Shown in pieces: positions 49,856-62,350 of a DNA stretch of 64,000 bases (its first letter is position 1; the number at the start of each line of letters is the position of its first letter). The notes beneath the pieces are model-generated. The model had not been told where the DNA came from and did no database searches. It saw only the letters and a program-made list of their open reading frames with translations. Source of the DNA: Felis catus (taxonomy: Eukaryota); NCBI RefSeq assembly GCF_018350175.1, contig NC_058368.1, positions 235,912,001-235,976,000 of the forward strand. The letters are read 5' to 3'. A program made the translations under genes and the position numbers.

Positions 49856-51559
49856 CAAATCAGCCCTCATTTTAAAGGTTGCAGGTATAAGAATGGTCAC
49901 TTCCCCCTTAAGAGAAAAGCAGCATAGCATTGTTGGGAAGCCTCCCATAGGGGCCTCCGCTGAAAGCTCCTGTGTGTGCTGAGAGACTGAAACCAGCAGA
50001 GAATGTTCTGTTCCCTTCAGCCTGATTAACAGGCATCTTGAAAGCTCTAATGAGAAAATGGCTAGAATAGGGCAAGAAATCAGATCACAGGATAAGGCTG
50101 ACACGTAAGGCTCTTTTTTATTCCCTCTAAAATGGAAGTAATAGAATTTGCACTGTATAAAGTCATTCATCCCAGGAATCGGAGGCACAGCTGTCTCTGG
50201 GGCTGGGGGCAGGGTAAAAGGACATCAAATGTGCGTATTGGGATTTGGAAGGTGAACCGTATCGCACGAGATCCCGGGTGAGTCACACACTGCCTTCACC
50301 CCGGCTTTCCTTTTTCACCATCGACGATGATGTCTCAGTGCCTGCTTCTGGTCCACATGCTTGTGATTCTTCAGGAGAAAAACGCAACAACGTTAAGTAG
50401 CAGACGAGGCTAACTGAGCGACTTGGGTCACTCTCAAGGTGTCCCATAGAGCGCATGGTGTCCAGTTCAGCCACAGAGACTTTCCTGAAGTTCTCAGAGG
50501 AGCCTGGGAGCCCAAAGAGCAGGTGAGGCAGGTCCTTGGTATCACGGGTGTGCCCAGGAAGGGGGAGCCTGGACTCAGTTTGCAAAGTCTGGTTCCCTCG
50601 TGCATTCTGGTCCATCGCGTTAAAAATCTACGGTGGTGCCTGTCCACCAACCTTGTGGGAGTTAATCACAAGCCTCCACACGGTGAGAAACGTGCCCTCG
50701 AGGCTTGGATTCTCCAACGCCCACCAGCAACAGGATTGCGCTCTCTCTGCCCTGGGGGAGACGCCTTCATAAGGAATGGAAGAAGTTCAGTGTTGCGTGG
50801 TTCACGACCTGGGCTCAGACAGACGGGTGACCTGGCGTTACGATTTACTGGTCGTGTGAATACAAGGAAGAGCTTATGCTCTGGGAGTTTCTCCCCACTC
50901 TCTAGAAGATGAAACCTATAGCCATATCTATTCTGTAGCATATTTCAGAGCGTTGAGTGTGATCACCTATGAAAACTACTTAGCCTGGACCTGGTCCACA
51001 GGAGGATCTCAGGAAGCATCACCGGGGGAAGCCTACTGCTGTCATTATCACTGTTATACTATAACACCAGCATCATAATGTTTCCATTGGCAACTCAGGG
51101 AGAAGCAGAGAGATGGCTCTCTCTAACACAAGACAAGGTCAAGCTTGGGAAATAATAATTCACACCTGCTCTTTGACCTAAAATAACACAAGACAACAGT
51201 TCTCACGGTGCGTTTAACCTTCCCGAAGGCCAAGGCGGCAATATTCTTAACTGCCATTGCTTAATGCCTGTGGGTAAATGGTCCCAGAGGGTTGACTTTG
51301 CATCCTGAGTAAAGCGTGGGGGGTGGAATTTATACTGCACGCTCTTCAAGGGGACTGCAATACTCTCTCATTCTACCTCATGGCTTTCTCTAAGGATATT
51401 GGTCAGAATTCCATAATACTTGGTAGCTGAAGATACCAACATATACGGCCTTAAATAAATCATTAAGCGGCCAAGCATGGCCTATTGAAGGGAAAACATC
51501 TAAGAAAACTCACCTTGCGGAAGTAAATGACTTTCCTAAATATCAATGATAAGGCAATG

Positions 51560-51765
51560 TTTATTTTTTACATTTTAATGTTTTCGAATGTTGTTCATTT
51601 ATTTTGAGAGAGAGGAGGAGGTGGGGAGGGACGGAGAGAGGGAGACGATCTCAAGAAGGCTCCACGCCGTCAGCACGGAGCCGGACGTGGGGCTCGATCT
51701 CACGATTCGTGACATCTGAGCCGAGATCAAGAGTCGGGCACACCACCTGAGCGACCCAGGTGCCT
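51560..51765 (-). mobile_element. CAN-SINE
   Basis: gataaggcaa flanks both sides. Confidence 0.9.
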
Positions 51766-52566
51766 CGATAAGGCAACTTTTAGCCTCTTTAAACATAAAT
51801 GTGCTACATTTCATACTGAAATGGCTCTTTCCTGCTTTGCCCAAAGTCCCCATACTTTCTGTTTGTCATGTGGGTTTATGTTTTCATCAGTGAAATGGAT
51901 CACTTTGCTCTGGCCTCAGCAGGATTGGGCCCACCTGGTTCCCGAGCTGTAGTACAACTCACACAACCTTTCCCTCCGTATCAGACTTTGGGTTTCTGTG
52001 TCTCCTTGCAAACGTTATTGTCTCTCGTGTCTTAGCGACTATCTCCCGAAAGATGACTTCACATCACCTGGAAGTGTGCCGTCAAATCCGGATTTCTGTT
52101 AATCCATTTCTGTTTCTTTTTATTTGTTGCTAAAATGCAAGCATGAATTATTTTCTCTCTTGCCTCGAAAGGAGGCAATACTTGTCTGTATTCTTTCTTA
52201 GGGTAGATTCTATGGAGAGATGTGTTTGAAGTAATCTCAAACCTATAAATAAAAACAAGGTGTTTCATTCACACAGTGCCTGAGATTCTTTCTCTGGACA
52301 GGTAACAAGAGATCTCTAGAAGTAAGGCCCCCTGAGATCTTCCATAACGGCAGCAGCCATGGCATTTGGGGACCAGACGCCCCCCTCCAAGGAGCACTTG
52401 CAGTCTGAGGGCAAAGGTACCCTCTTTGTGCCCTATGCTGCTGGGCGGCTGAAGCTCCCGGCTTCAGGTAAACGAGTTTTTGAGGGATCACACGTGTCTC
52501 ATTTGAACCATTTATCACATTGGCTCATTTTTTTTCAACTTACAATCGTTGTAAATGTCTTATAGG

Positions 52567-52675
52567 CTTGTGCAAGGGTAAGAGCATTTCGGAACCCTGA
52601 AAAAACCTTGTGCAAGGGTAAAAGAATTTCGGAACACGTGTGCTCGAACACGTGTCCGAGCACACACACGTGTCC
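52567..52675. repeat. 40-bp-period direct duplication followed by an inverted repeat with three CACGTG motifs
   Basis: cttgtgcaagggtaa(g/a)ag(c/a)atttcggaac at 52567 and 52607; gtgtgctcg-a-acacgtgt-c-cgagcacac at 52638-52665. Confidence 0.9.
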
Positions 52676-53354
52676 TCGGAAGTTTGTTTCACACACTCTG
52701 AGAAACAATGAGTCCAGGGGCCCTAAACCTCCCTTTCTCATTTTCCCTTTCCATCCTTCTGCTGCTGCTGCTGCTGCTGCCTCTGCTTCTTTTGGTTGTT
52801 CAACCTCGATGGTCATCCTTCTGCCAGAAAGGATCCAGGATGATTGGGAGGTCAAGTCATGCAACCGAACACACGACTGACGAAAGGCACATCAGAGCCT
52901 GTCAAGTCGGGGAACGATATTAAACACAGCCCCGGATTCATCTTTGGTAGCGCCAGCTCATTCGCAGGAGGCATTCACGAAGTCACGTACGGCACTACTG
53001 AATATTTTGTTCACCAGGACACAATCCTCCATTGCGGGCGGCCCGAAGACCGCTTCCCTTGGATGTGTTCAGAAGTGCTGTCATGATCCTTACTCGTTTT
53101 TGTTAATCCTCCCAGGGTGTAATTAGCACCATGTTTCCAAAGATCAAGCTATTACAATTTCCCCCATCTGCTCCTTGATGCTTAAAACCCCTTTGCAGAG
53201 CACAAAGCTTTTCATTCAATACGCAGAGATACTGCTTAAAACGAAAATATCCTTGGAAGAGGCAACACAATGACTTAAAAGTATTACCGAGGCATAATTT
53301 ACTAACACCACATCTCTCTGGCGTTCAGGTTTTGTGTTGGAAGATGAGAAAAGA

Positions 53355-53460
53355 TGCCCCTGAGGATTCAATTTGAGGATGAAATGAGTTAATACGTATA
53401 AAGGGCTTAGTACAGTGCCTGGCGCACAGCATCGGCTAAGGAGAGGGGTTGCTATTGTCT
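53355..53460 (+). mobile_element. MIR 3' fragment
   Basis: tgaggatgaaatgagttaatacgtataaagggcttagtacagtgcctggcgcacag is the MIR core. Confidence 0.8.
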
Positions 53461-54152
53461 CCGTTTTAAAAAGGAAGAAGTGGCCTGTGCGGGCTAATGG
53501 CGGTGGTTCAAACCGAAGCTGCCTCCATGCCGTGACGAGCTGTGACAAACGACACCTCCAGTGGCGGCAGCCTAATTTAGTTCTTTGTGCTCAGCTACAC
53601 GAGGAGCTGGCAGGTGCGTTGTCTCAGTCACTTTTCTTGGCCTCCTTATGCCCCGGACAGCGAGGGGCACTGGCCACGTGAGGCATCCGGTGTTCGGATC
53701 CCCCAGCCGACAGCCTCCTGGAGGCTAATCACACCTGATGGCTGGACCCGCACCACCAGGAGGTGCCATGGCACCGGACAGGCTTTGGGGAGCCGCCCGG
53801 CCGTCCTACATGGTGTGAAACCATTCTTGCTGTTGTGGCCTCTCTGCTTGTGAAGACCCAAGAGAGTGGATCATCATGACGATGTATCCCAGCGCGAAAA
53901 ACTGGTCGAGATCCCGCCCGCCTTACAGAGATGGGTCGGAGTCCCCAACCACGCTGGTGTGTGGCCGCTGGAGGGCCACGGGGCTTTCTTTTTCAGTTGC
54001 TTACATTCCTGAGGGGCACATAACAGGGACAGCCACCCTGGGTCCTGTGCCACCCTGTGGGTCAGTTTTTAAAGTGGTTCCATTCATTCAGGAAATGGCC
54101 TCCCCAAATGCACTCGGCACATTATCCATCCAAGCAGAGCAGATTGATGTGT

Positions 54153-54186
<34 letters not shown>

Positions 54187-56399
54187 CTTAGAAATTAAAT
54201 CTCCCTTGAAATATAAGGCCACATAATTGAGTTTCTGTATATGTTGTTTGGAGACAGTAACAAAGAAATGTAAAACAGGATCCCTGAAGCTGGAACAGCT
54301 TGTAAAATCTGGTTAAGCCGTGTTGAAAAATACTTGAATGCCCCCATTAGAAAACACAGACTATTTATTACTTCCTTTTCTTTCGCCCTACGAGGCATAA
54401 GCTCCCTTCTTTTTTTTTTTTTTATATTCCTTTCTCCCCCTTTCAAAGTGCACTCATTGAACTCTTGGCAATTAGTGTAATTGAAATTTATTGACAATGT
54501 GGCCGATGTGGAAGCCCATTGTCCCCGAGCGAGTGCGGCTGGGAGCTGCTTCGTAGCAGAGTCAGGCAGCCCGGCCTTGCTCAATCACATCAATGGGCCA
54601 CCGGCTGCCAAGGGTTCCTTTGGGGGTATGAATGTTACTTAGTGATAAGGGCCTTTCGAAACAGGATCCCCGGACCCCATCTCTTGTGGGAGATGGAAAT
54701 GAAATATGTATTTGGCTGCTGTGGAAAATTAATGTAATTGGCTCCCACATAAAGCTTTGACAAGTTGACCTGTTTGAAATCCAAGGAGGGCTTCGAGCCC
54801 CGTATCATATTATCTTCAACTAACCCAAGCACGCTTAGTGCCCCCCACCCCAAACACACTGGAGGTGAAATGAAATGGAATTCGGGTACCGGTGTCGAAC
54901 AACACTTCTGTTGAACACAGTTATTATTTTTGCATGTGTAGCTTCAAGATGAAGGGGTTAGGATGATTGGATTTTCGCGTGCATGTGTCTGCGTTGATAG
55001 CTCTCGGTGTGGGTTTTCTTTTCATTGGCGAGGCAAGGGTGGAACTGTTTGGAAATGTACATGGGCACATCTATCTTCAGACCTGTGCTGTCTCCAACAT
55101 GCAGTATGAGTTTAAAATGTAGATGTGTAACTTGATTAGATTTAATTGGACTCATTTAGAAGGCAGTGCAGATTTCCAGGTTTCTCTTCTGAGAGGACAG
55201 ATACGTTTTATTTTAATGCAGGGGGATTTCGGCATGTAAAGCTAACAGGAGAGATATATTGAAATCTCTACCCATGGAAATGGGCATATGACGTTTTCCC
55301 TCAGGGGAATTTCTTAGGAGGAGATTACTATGGTGAATTAATTTTAGCTGCTGTCCTGTCGGCTTCCTAATTTCAGATAATGTGCTCTTTTGATTTATTT
55401 AATAGGACCCTAAAATGCAACACCCCAGAGTTTAAGAGAATACAATGATAAATTGGAGAGCATGCGAGAAAGCATGTGTATATGTTTCTTCCTTTGAGAA
55501 AATCTTCATGCTCTTGTTAAATCCGGAATTATTTGCATGCGTTAATGTACACAGACCCTTCCCTCACTACCATGTTAGAGGTACCCTCGAAACAATAACT
55601 TAGCACGTTTTATTGATTCCACATTTAAAAATGGATTGGGTAAGCACCTTATTATTTTCTCTCATTTCAGCGGTAGAATTTGTTTCTCTGAGGAAGGTTT
55701 ATTGCAGCTCGCAGAGAGCTGAAGTCAGTCTTTCTCAATGACTTTTAACACTCGAACACACTCTATAGGCGAGGAGGGTTCTACGCTAAGGGGTCAAGCA
55801 TTAGGGTTTCGCCTCGAAATTCTTGGATGACACGAGAAAAAGGACAAAGGAGGCAGGTGGCTAGAGGGATTGCATTCTGCCTAGGTGCACGGACGTGACA
55901 GGTGACTGCTGAAGGGCGTGCCAGGGTGGACGCGAGGCTGGAACGTGTGGTCCTTCCGGTCGCCAGCTGGGAGCCACAGGAAGTGGGGAGACACAGCAGG
56001 AAGTGGTGAGGATCCAGCAGACAAGGAGCTTGGCTCTGTAGCGAGATTATAAGGCTAGCAAGTGGAGGGAAGACTCCGACACCTGTTTTAGCCTTTGTTT
56101 TCCTGTAGATTTGTTATTAAAGTGTCGCTTTGTTAAGAATTATGAGTTCAGCGTGAACGTGAGTAGACCTGGTAAGGAATACTTTTCTACCTGTCCTGCC
56201 CATGGCAGTGAGAGCCCTGGGCAGTAGGGACCTTGGACGCAGGGAGGACGAAATGCATACAGAAGCATCCTCCACACCAGGACCGTTGCCATGCGCCGCG
56301 ACCGCTCTCAGCTTGAGCCACGACGAGAAAGCCGAGTTTATCTCAAGGAAGTCAGGCTTCACATACGTGTAGCTGTTGTCCAACTTGAAACGGGATATT

Positions 56400-56572
56400 T
56401 TGGTCAAGGTTGCTCACAGAAACAGAACCAATAGAATGTATGTATACAAATAAAATTTTTCATTGACTGACTTACTGATTTGTTGATTATAAGGAATTGG
56501 TTCACACAGTTATAGAGGCTGAGAAGTCTAGACTTAGGAGTGCCGATGGGATAGTTCCAGTCCAAAGTCTGA
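56400..56572 (+). mobile_element. MLT2 (ERVL) LTR 5' fragment
   Basis: cagaaacagaaccaatagaatgt...ttataaggaattggttcacacagttatagaggctgagaagtc...gttccagtcc. Confidence 0.8.
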
Positions 56573-56749
56573 CTTGGGCTCAGGTCATGATCTCGTGGTC
56601 CTGAGTTCGAGCCCAACGTCAGGCTCGGTGCTGACAGCTCAGAGCCCAGAGCCTGATTCAGATTGTGTGTGTGTCTCTCTCTGCCCCTCCTCTGTTCTCG
56701 CTCTCTCCCTCTTAAAGAATAAATAAACATTAAAATAATTTTAAAAAAA
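56567..56749 (+). mobile_element. 5'-truncated CAN-SINE fused to the MLT2 fragment
   Basis: Begins at gtctgacttgggctcaggtcatgatc; no SINE head or A-box is present. Confidence 0.88.
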
Positions 56750-57689
56750 GAATGAGCTAAAGATTGAAAAATCATAGAACATTCTGTAAGGCATTGCTTA
56801 AAACAGTTTGCTAATCCGGGAACAAGCATTTTTATTAAATACTTTGTACTACAACATGTGGAAAAAGTCACCAAGTTATCTGAAAATTGCATTCCAAAGG
56901 TTACATGAAAGGTTTGGATCATTGTCAGATCATGCCTGAGTTTCCTCTGCCACACGGTGGGGGAACAGAGACACCAAGGACTTCAGAGACCCCAACAGAC
57001 CTTGTGGGCTGTAAGACCACGGCTCAGAGATGTCATGCGTGAGTAGCTGGGGGACAGAGCCCAGCAGATGTGGACGTGGCCCGTAAGCGGTCTGGGACAC
57101 TTGGAGAATCTTCCTTTTGCAGAACTGTTTAACTTCTACAAGACATAAAGGGGACAGGGCCTTGCTGAAGTGTATTTCAAAGCAACACTTTCCTCCTGAA
57201 GGAGAGTGCTAGGCCCTGCCTCATGCGTAGTTGCTTCTCTCGGAAGCCGGGCGAGATGCTCCTAACCTCTTTGCTTCGATCCCCAAAGCAGTTCACCGGA
57301 CTTGCCTCCTTTGGGGGGAGAAACTGGCAAGCACTTCGAAAAGCCTGCTAAGTTCTCCATACCTGGGGCTCCCTGTAGCGCCCCCAGAGCTGAGTTTGGG
57401 GGGCGTCCGTGAGCAGAAGGTCAGGCCAGGCGGTTCTATGTCAGGGGCCCAGGAAGTGAAGAGTCAACCAGGGAAGGAAGCCCTGACAGAAAGAGGGGGG
57501 TCCGCACAGGGTCGGAAATGTGTTCTACAGAACATGACTATTCCGTTTACTGCTCTGTCCAATAACACAGTAACTGCCATACCGGCCGACTTGTCCTGTG
57601 TCACCGAGGCTTGACGGCTGATCGACATTCAGAAAAGAGCAAAATCTCACTGAACTAGCCTTCATTTCAGACATGCAGGCTACGATTTC

Positions 57690-57990
57690 AGTCTAGAGAA
57701 GCCTCCACACAGGCAAACAGGAGCCCACGGCAGGTGGCGGCCACAGGGAGGGGAGGGGGCACTCTGATTCCCAGAGTGGCTGCGTTACAATATTCAAATG
57801 TCCAGTGTTCAGAAAAAGAAAAAAAGAAGCCAAAAACGAAAACTAGAGAGAGAGACACACAAAGACACAAGACAGTATGACAGGAATAAAACCAAATTAA
57901 CAGAAACTGTCCGTGAGGAAGCCGTACCAGACTTGAAATCACCTGACCTTAACGTGCTCACAGAGCTAAAATGAGACCCTGGACAAAGGA
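57690..57990 (+). mobile_element. Old L1 5'/ORF1-start fragment
   Basis: tctgattcccagagtggc...attcaaatgtccagt...aacagaaactgtccgtgaggaagcc. Confidence 0.65.
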
Positions 57991-59488
57991 CTAAGTTAGC
58001 CCAAGGAGCCTCATGGTTTCCCATTGGCACAGACACACGGCCGTCACCTGCAAGCCTGATTTCCACTTCCTGGGGCTCCGACTCCGAGATTTTCCTGGAC
58101 TTGCCAGCAAAGTATGAATCCAGCCATGATATCAGCACGCACATTCACGCTCTTACAGCCCAGACTTTTCAAGGAGTAGGACCACAGTGAGTCATGCTAA
58201 TCTCTGTGTCATACTTGGTGCACAAGACAGTCTGCCACAAAGAAAAACAAAATTGGAACCAAGTTGAAAACCAACCCATCTGAGATAATTCCTGTGTTCC
58301 TCCGTGTAAGCCAAGAGAGAAGAAGGGATGAAACCATCTAAGAAGATGATTCGTTCAGCCAGGAATTCAGGGAAATTCCATCACCTTGAAACATTCCCAA
58401 GAGTAATGAAAAAGGATAAAGTTTCTAATATTTTAAAAGCCATTAAAATATCCAGTCGTTTGATAGGTATTAAGTGCCAGCTTGGGTCAGCCATGGTGCC
58501 AAGGGACAGAGTGGATAGATGAATGAACACAGCCTCAACCTGGGAAGTGTTTCTCAGTCCTCCCACAGATGAACAAAGCTAACAGGCGCCATATTGATTT
58601 CATAAGGTTATCGCTAAAAGGGTTTCAAAACGGAGTCTTATTTTCTTATTTCCCAATTTCTCAGGTATAGAGACTTTGCGTGTCCCTTTGGGGTAGAGAC
58701 TCAGAAATTGCCACCTTTGTATAACAGCGATATAAATAACAATCATAGAATTTAAGAAACAGAAATAATAATAATCATTATAAATCGAGTATCTACCCTG
58801 AGACAGCTGCTCGGTTTTGTACTTGGCAAAGGTCATCTCTTTTTGATTTCTTCATCTTACAAGCTGAGGGGGAGGTGCATTTAGAGATGATGAAACAGGC
58901 TCAAAATGATTGTCGCTGGCCCATGGCCATGCAGCTGGTAAGTAGTGAAGGGTGTCTCTCCATACAAACTCCAGACAGGTCGTACTGACTCAAGGGCCCT
59001 CTGGGCCATCTCTCCATTTCCCTCCTCACAGGCCATAAAGTCGTCTTCCAGCAACAAAGCAGTTTGCGCAAGATCAAATGAAACTAACTTGTCGTCTCTG
59101 GTGGGTGAAACCGATGCACCATGTTCATGAATATTTGGCCTGCACTTTCCCCCAGTAAGAGAAAGAGACGCCCACTGAACGGATACTTCAAAATGTATCT
59201 TAAAATGTTTGTTTGATATTATTAGAAAGTAAGCACGTGTCCCCAAGAAACAAACTGATATATACCCAGTATCTTATGTCATGTTAGGGTTGTTATACAG
59301 AGGAGCTGCAAACACAGGTGCTCATTTTGGGAGACAAAGCATCAATAAAACTACCTGAAGAAACTTTAGAGCTTGAGTTACACGTGTGACGCCCACCTCG
59401 TACTCTTGAGAACGTCTCTACGAGCACCTGGCAGACAAAGTCAGGCAACTTGGGTAAGATATATTTTCAAGTTAAAAGTGCCTCCTTT

Positions 59489-59615
59489 TGGGGGGCGCCT
59501 GGGTGGTTCAGTTGGTTGAGCAATCGTCTCTTGATTTCATCTCAGGTCATGATCTCATGGTTCAGGGGATCAAGCCTGGAGTTGAGCCCTGAGCTGGCAG
59601 CGCAGATCCTGCTTG

Positions 59616-59667
<52 letters not shown>

Positions 59668-59722
59668 GCCTCTGTCCCTCCCTGCCCTCTTGAAATAAAT
59701 AAATAAATACACATTTACAAAA
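59489..59722 (+). mobile_element. CAN-SINE
   Basis: GGGGCGCCTGGGTGG head, long (CT)n tract, (AAAT)n tail. Confidence 0.95.
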
Positions 59723-60334
59723 ATAAGTGTCTCCTTTATCTCTGTGTAGCCATAAGGAGACATGTAAGATACATGTGTATCTCTCAGCACAACCACCGTG
59801 TCTGGCCCAGAGAGCTGCGGAACACACGTTCGTTTGAAGAAAAGCAGACACGTCACCCGTCATACTGTCCTTTCTCATTCCCATTCTTCCGCTGTTTTGC
59901 TACAGCCCTGGTGAGAGTCACGGGGTGGAGGTAAACAAAGGAGCAGTCATGTTCCAGAGCTTCCCGATTTCCAGGCAACGCACCCAAATCTCCCAGGCCT
60001 ATCTCCACCATCTCTACCAGCGAATCACCTGCTAACATTGCCCCTAAACTGCTGTGTTCTATTGACACAAAACGAAGCATGAATACGCCGATAAACACTA
60101 AGTCATCACATTTCATCATTTAGAATGTTGGGTCTGGTGTTTTACACACATGTTTCCAGAGGCCCTCTTGCTCCACATTGTCCAAGCAGCATGACAATTT
60201 ATCCCAAAGTGTCTGGGAACATAGACACAACTTGCCACTGTTAGACTGCAGACTCCCTTAGGGAAGACACTGCACCTCGCCTGTATTCAGTATCGCGTCC
60301 GCTTTCTTGGCTTTTAGCAGAAAATAAGTATGTG

Positions 60335-60788
60335 GGGTTTTTTAAAATTTTTTTCGATGTTTATATATTTTTTTTTAATTTTTTTTCAACGTTTATTTAT
60401 TTTTGGGACAGAGAGAGACAGAGCACGAACGGGGGAGGGGCAGAGAGAGAGGGAGACACAGAATCGGAAACAGGCTCCAGGCTCTGAGCCATCAGCCCAG
60501 AGCCCGACGCAGGGCTCAAACTCCCGAACCATGAGATCGTGACCTGGCTGAAGTCGGACGCTCAACCGACTGCGCCACCCAGGCGCCCCTCGATGTTTAT
60601 ATATTTTTTGAGAGACAGAGTATGAGCTGGGGAGGGGACAGAGAGAGAGGGAGTCACAGAGTCTGAAGCAGGCTTCAGGCTCTGAGCTGTCGGCACAGAG
60701 CCCGACGTGGGGCTCAAAGTCACGAACCACGAGACTGTGACCTGAGCCGAAGTCGGACACTTAACCAACTGAGCCACCCAGGCCCCCC
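60335..60788 (-). mobile_element. Nested SINEs: a young SINEC_Fc-like copy (60374-60589) inside the tail of an older CAN-SINE
   Basis: Inner TSD tcgatgtttatatatttttt at 60354-60373 and 60590-60609; outer TSD gaaaataagtatgtg at 60320-60334 and 60789-60803. Confidence 0.96.
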
Positions 60789-60819
60789 GAAAATAAGTAT
60801 GTGTTGAAAGAAAAGTGCT

Positions 60820-61612
60820 TTTATTATATATTGGTGCATAATAAATCACATAAAAAAGCAAGTAATAGTAAAGCATGGAATATATAATATATCTGACATA
60901 TATTGTATATATTAAAGTTTGTTTTTATTTATTTTGAGAGAGACATAGAAGGTAAGTGGGGAGGGGCGGTGAAAGAGGGAGAGAGAGAATCCCAAGCAGG
61001 CTCGGCACTGTTAGCACGGAGCCTGATGTGGGGCTTGAACTCACAAACTGTGAGATCTTGACCGGAGCTGAAACCAAGAGCAAGACGCTTAACTGACTGA
61101 GCCATTCAGGTGCCCCACAGCTGGATATATATATATTATCTCTGAGTTTCTGTGAGTCAAGAATGTGGATGCAGCTTATCTGGGTCAGGTTTCTCTTGTG
61201 GTTGCAGTAAGGGTGTCTAAAAGGACTGCGGTCTCATCTGAAATCTCGCCTGGGGAAGGATCCACCTCCACTCCCACTTCTGTGCGTATGACAGGATTTG
61301 GTTCCTGGCAGCCTGTTGGACTGACACCTCCTTTCCTTGCTGGCTTTTGTCCAGAGCCGCCCTCACCTCCCTGTCTGATGAGCCTTTCTAGAGCATCTAA
61401 CTAGGTAGCTTCATCAGAGCGAACAAGCGAGAGAGGCAATAGCCTAGACGGAAACCACCCTCTCTGGAACATAACCCCCGAGTCCACACTGGGTTCTGGC
61501 TGCCAGAAGTGAGTCACCAGGTCCAGCCTGCACTCAGGGGCAGGGCCTTGGGCAAGGGTGTGAATGCCAGGAGGCAGGATCACTGTAGTCATTTTAGAAA
61601 CTGCCGGCCACT
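60820..61612 (-). mobile_element. MLT1 LTR interrupted by a CAN-SINE on the minus strand (60918-61116)
   Basis: ttattatatattggtgcataataaatcac...tattatctctgagtttctgtgagtcaagaat...caagggtgtgaatgccaggaggcaggatcact. Confidence 0.8.
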
Positions 61613-62129
61613 CTTGTGCGTGCTCAATTCTCACTTGGCCATTTGTGATTTGTTTTATTTTGCATTCGTCTTTTGCATTATGCAAGCCTGCATCCGTTTT
61701 TATCCTAGGGGAACGCAGATCAAAGATGGGCCTGTTGATAACTCAAACAGTGCATCGTGTCGTTGATGAGCCCCTTCTACCTTAATCACGGTGACACTTT
61801 TCTTGATGTGTGAAGCTTCGCTTCACGTAGCCCTCATCTGATATTTAACACATCCCCTTTCTTTTTGCAAGTGCCTAGGAGGATATGCTTCCAAACACAT
61901 TTTCCTCATCTTGCCTCACATTCTGCTAAATTTTAACTGGGTCAGCAATTTCCTTCGACTGGGCCACTAGGTTCTTTACTTTAGGTGAGTTGTGTTGTTT
62001 AATAAGACCAGGCATTACTGTTAAATATACAGACCCTGTAAGATCTTTGCGCGAAAGTACCCCTTCCCGTTGAAAATCTAGTAAAAAGCCATTATTTTTT
62101 GAAACTGTCAAAGGGATCTTATTTTAAGG

Positions 62130-62350
62130 TAGCGTGGCCCGGTGGATACGAGCGCAGTTTCCGGAGAACTGTACCGCCTTGTGTAAATTCCTTGATCACT
62201 CTGTGCCTCCATATTCTCGTTTCTAAAAGAAGAATGATAATGGTAGCTTCCTCGTTAAGGATGTTGTTGGTATGAAATGACTTAATATTTGGAGAACACT
62301 TAGAACAATGGCTGTCTTTTAGTAAGTACTTTATAAGTGTCTGTTAAATA
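62130..62350 (+). mobile_element. MIR SINE relic
   Basis: ccttgtgtaaattccttgatcactctgtgcctc...tgaaatgacttaatatttggagaacacttagaacaatg. Confidence 0.75.

Noticed and set aside
49646..50188. 180-aa ORF on the minus strand
   Set aside because: The C-terminal part is translated SINE and the rest has no recognisable domain.
52535..52923. Poly-Ala or poly-Leu signal-peptide-like ORFs
   Set aside because: They arise from a (CTG)7 microsatellite; no convincing splice sites or homology.
56404..56955. 183-aa ORF, the longest in the window
   Set aside because: It reads through an antisense SINE and an MLT2 LTR; a chance open frame.
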